NCBI GenBank assembly: GCA_000708835.1 | Contig: DF237094.1 | Coordinates: 62,001-126,000 of the forward strand | DNA: 64,000 nucleotides | Direction of reading: 5' to 3' | Origin: Klebsormidium nitens | Taxonomy: Eukaryota; Plantae; Klebsormidiophyceae | Shown here: positions 60,027 to 64,000 of the stretch, one piece after another | Layout: each line of letters starts with the position of its first letter | Position numbering within the stretch: position 1 is the first letter of the stretch | Translations under genes and position numbers: made by a program | The notes under the pieces: model-generated | Told to the model about the DNA's origin: nothing | The model's database searches: none | The model's input: only the letters and a program-made list of their open reading frames with translations

Positions 60027-61577
60027 TCACGGCCGCCGGAAGCGGATAGGCCCTCTGAATGCGGCGTCTGGATCCAGGGTGTTAGAGCCCTGTAAAGATT
60101 ACATAAGTCAAGTTCAGACAGAAGAGCCTCCCCTTATTTGCTGGTGACGGCGTGCTCTAAGAGGTTTCATCAGACAAGTCCACCCTGCGCGAACAAAAGG
60201 CCATGAACAACTTCGGAGAATGGACGGAGGGGGATAGAAATTCATCTCTTGAGGAACGGTTGTGGGGGCTCATCCCGTGTATGTTTGTGACTGATCCTAT
60301 TAGTCATGCGATGATCAAGAGATAGAGATGCCTTCATAGAGATGAAAAGCTACTTTCTAGTTGCTCTCCCCAAGCTTCCAAAAGTGTCAGGCAGCAGACT
60401 GCATGGCTGCCGCTGACGTACTAGGGAGAGACGCTGTTGCGGGCAAACAACACTACTCCGCCACAGTACGAATGGCAAACAGAGGAGTCTGTCCCTTTCA
60501 CTTCCTCAATCTCTTTGAACGCTCCAACCACACTCAGATGTCAAGATCGCTTGCGCCTTTGGCCCATTTTCAACAGGATCATAACCCCCGGTGGTCTCAT
60601 TCAGTGCACAAAGTACTGTTGAAGCTCAGGAAATACATTTGCCAAGCCTGCGAGCATTAGTCAGAAAGTAACAGAACTCCCTTGCTACAAGCATAAAAAT
60701 CTTACTGCCAGCTATCAGGGAGGGGGCCCCCAAACCTGGTTATCAGAATTGATGTGCCTTTGCAAAATTACGTACCCCAAGGACGTTCCTGATTCATACT
60801 AGATTGATCATTTTCTGGCATTGCGGAGAAAAGAATACTGGGTTTTGATGCAGGTGGTGAAAACTGGAAACCGATATGGATCCAATGGCAGCCCTGAAAA
60901 GAACAAAACAAGGCAGAACACACTGAAGTGAGGGCTACAACAAGATTTTGATGCTCGTGTCGAAGTACAGAACTTGTAAAAGTTGAATTACTTGCACCAC
61001 CATGGCGCTCATTGACAACATCTAAACCTCTTCTGATGGTCATGCCCACCTGCGTGATCCTGAGCTGGCCCGCCTTGGCCAGGCTCCGACCAACGTCTCT
61101 AACCTGCTCCATGATGTCCCTCCATCCGACCCCGCCGAGTGCCCGAGCTACCTCAGACGGACAGATTGACGATGTGGCTGCCCGCTCACTCAACATTTTT
61201 AGCGCACAATGCTCAATTGCTTCGGCGCCCGGGATGCAGTCGCTGACATGGACTAAATTGTCTGGTTCTTCTCCACATACTCCTGTTTCCGCATTCTGAG
61301 ATGCAACTAGGCGCGGGCCCAAGTCAGGAGCCCTCGATGTGACGTCTGAACCAGCAACAGGACTGTCTTCTTGCCTGGACGCTTGTCCTGTCTTTCCATG
61401 CCCACGAGATGTTTCGTCGAGCACGTTCCCCTTCTTGCCCTTCTTCCTGTTGGATGAGCTTCTCCCCTTGCTGCCAGTCTCACCCGTTCTTTTCTCTTTC
61501 CCTGACCCACGTGTGCCACGGCTTCGAAGTGAGTGACTCACTTCTTCCTCTTTTCTCTTCTTTGGCTGTGGGGACAT
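60027..61577 (-). CDS. DUF3253-family winged-helix-like protein with a basic disordered N-terminus (2 exons)
   Basis: Exon 1 (61577-61050) ends SICPSEVARALGGVGWRDIMEQVRDVGRSLAKAGQLRITQ at a GTGGG donor. Exon 2 (60089-60027) reads GSNTLDPDAAFRGPIRFRRP*, completing the typical ITQ.G..DP...GPIR signature. Confidence 0.85.
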
Positions 61578-62143
61578 GCTTTGCTTGCAACCAAGCGCCG
61601 TTTGCTCCTCATGTCAACCACCTCAGGCCAAGTGGAGCTACGGTAGCTTGCTTTGAACGAGTCAGCTTGCATGAGAATGGAGCGACTGGAGGGTAAAAGC
61701 CCTCACGAAGCGGGTCATCTCAGCCGTCGGATATCGCTTGAGGTGTTTCCTTCAGCACATCGAGCCGTCAAATCTGGCGGGAACGAACTTTCGCTTCTTC
61801 ATCCCTTCAACTGAAGTTTAACTTTAAGTTCTCCAGAGTTCGTAAAACCTGTGATGACAGTGATCAAATCCAGGAGCCAAGGCAGTGGCTCTTGGCCCTT
61901 CTTTTCTAGCGACAGGACAGACACTGAAAGTCTGATTGCTTCATGGTAAGAGTAGAGATTTGCTTGGCGCTGGTCACTAGTTCCGCAGAGCGCGAAGGGC
62001 AGTGCATGGCGAAGAGAATACGGGCAGGAAGAAGGAGCATAGACCAGCTTTCTCTTACTAGGCTTTGCTGACTGCATAGCCCCATTTTCTTACCGGCCTG
62101 CACAAGTTTACAATAATTTTTAGCTTTTGGGAACCAACTGATC

Positions 62144-64000
62144 ATGGCGGAATCATCGGGAAGCGGCGTCCACCAGTTCAACAACATCTTTTTGTCCATG
62201 AGGAGCGGCCTGGTAAGCGCGTACTATCTACCTGTTCGTTTGTGCGACTTGGAAATCTGAAGTGGAGTTTCTACAAACCCTTCTGACAGCTCGAGGATGC
62301 TCACTGCAACATTTCGATCTGGAGTGGTGTGATGATTAAAGCTGGAGTGGCGTGATGACATTGCTGCACGCAGTTTGTCCAGTAAGGGCACAACATTGTA
62401 TTGTACCTCAATCGTCTTGCAGTAAGGCGAATTGTCCGAAGTTGCCTGGCAAGACATCTGTGGACGCGAAGGGCATGCCACCTTTGATTGCGCCAGTACA
62501 ATCATTTCCTGCCGCAATGTCTCTCTAAAGTGGCAGCTAACGCCCCAAAAATAGCTTCTGTACAACCGAGCCGTTATGGGCTGTATCAACCTCACACCAT
62601 CCCCACTGCTGGTCTCAGAACCCGGGTCAGCTCAAACTGCACTCCGGCGGCCTCACTTGGAAGAAGAGCGGAGGTGGCAAGGAGGTCAATGTCTCCCGCA
62701 ACGATATCTCCAGCCTCATGTGGCTTAGGGTTCCGAAGGGTTTCCAATTGGCCGTGAAGTCCCGGGCAGGGTCCAAGGTCAAATTCAATGGCTTCCGGGA
62801 GCAGGTGAGCTTCAATTTCTGTACTGGTCTTTTCCCCTTTGGCACTGATGATGAGTTTGTCTAAAGTACTTTGGAGGCTTGCGCAAGAGTTCCTGCCCAA
62901 TTTCTCGTGGCAGGAGGGCAGGCTTTGCTGTTGCAGTCAGCTTCTGAAACTGTGCTGGTGTGCTTGCCACTATCGTCGGCATCCTTCCTTCTCGCAGCAC
63001 TTTTGAGATATGTTAGGGTGCCTCTCCTACCCAGGTCTTGTTTAAACCCTCTCGCAAAATATTTGGACGGGTATGTGCGCAGTCAAAAGACTGTAGTTTT
63101 CTACTAATTTTTCTGCAGGATGTGAAAGCCCTGACTCCCTTCTTGACGAGCACGTACAAGATCACGCCCGAAGATAAGCAGCTGGCCATTAACGGACGGA
63201 ATTGGGGGGAGGCAGAGATCGACGGTAGGAGGCTTTTCTTTTAACTGAACGCATCTTGCCTTGCGTCTCATTTAAACGAGCTTGCATGGGCTTCCTTACG
63301 CTCGGTCACGCCGACTCCCAAGGTTTTGAGGTTGTAATCCTTTTTGGGAAACCAGGCGTGTGTGGCTTGTCAGCTCGAACTGACTTTTGCCTGCTTTCTG
63401 GAAAGTTGCTTGTGCGGAGGTGCCTTGCATTTCCCCTTTTTGACAGGATGAAAGCAGCGGATCGCTGACATCCTTCATACAGCAGAACGATTTACTCTCC
63501 GCATTGTCGAAAGAACCCACCTCTCCAGCCAAAAAAGGTCCCGATATTCTCCTTTCACAAGCCAAGAGACGAGCAACTAATTCTGGGGTGCTCGATAAGT
63601 CCAGTCCTAGACCCCCCCGCCAGTCAAACTCGAAACAAGAGGGGGAGGAGCTCCACCGCCGAAGACGCATCTGTTTTGGCCTTGCTCTCTCTAGTCGTTG
63701 GTTCTGCTCGGGTTTCCACTGCACGGGCCTCAAGCAAAGTCAGGGCTACCCTCATCTTTGCGCTGACACCCACGAAACATCAGCGAGTCATCTTATGTCA
63801 GCACGCTCACGAAGTTTCTCGCCATCGCAGGCAACATGCTGTCCTTCAACGTGGGGTCGAAGCAAGCGTTCGAACTGGCGCTCTCAGACATTTCGCAGGC
63901 TACGATCCAGGGCAAGAACGAGGTCGTTCTGGAGATGCACGTCGACGACACGTCGGGAGAGCACGAGGTGCGTGCTTCACCCCTTTCGGAATGGTGGATG
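62144..64000 (+). CDS. SSRP1: FACT complex subunit SSRP1, 5' portion; continues beyond the window
   Basis: Exons 62144-62212 ([18 protein letters not shown]), 62619-62804 ([21 protein letters not shown]...KFNGFREQ), 63119-63224 ([12 protein letters not shown]) and 63831-63967 ([36 protein letters not shown]). Confidence 0.95.

Noticed and set aside
1-64000. rRNA, tRNA, retrotransposon pol or prophage genes
   Set aside because: No recognisable sequence or ORF for any of these was seen by eye. tRNAscan-SE and Infernal were not run.

Overview
Intron-rich eukaryotic nuclear DNA with GT-AG introns. Gene content and style suggest a streptophyte green alga such as Klebsormidium (inference). In order, the window holds: (1) a spliced PHD-finger/coiled-coil gene on the minus strand, running off the left edge; (2) a ~3.3 kb segmental duplication (5.5-8.9 kb and 14.2-17.7 kb) carrying two separately inactivated Uma2-like PD-(D/E)XK nuclease pseudogenes; (3) three intronless paralogs, each with four CX2C-X22-CX2C zinc-ribbon repeats behind a transit-peptide-like leader; (4) two tandem 9-exon plant-type formate dehydrogenase (FDH) genes with a 199-bp TIR element (9-bp TSD) between them; (5) a divergently transcribed HCF107/Mbb1 TPR gene; (6) a USP-domain gene that probably continues into a long coiled-coil exon; (7) a DUF3253 gene; (8) the 5' part of SSRP1. 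The top lead is the FDH pair. Both copies replace the conserved NAD+-selecting Asp (Gly in one, Ala in the other), which predicts relaxed or NADP+ preference. One copy keeps a ~112-aa transit-peptide-like extension and the other has disabled it. Exon boundaries and translations were read by eye; no database searches were run.
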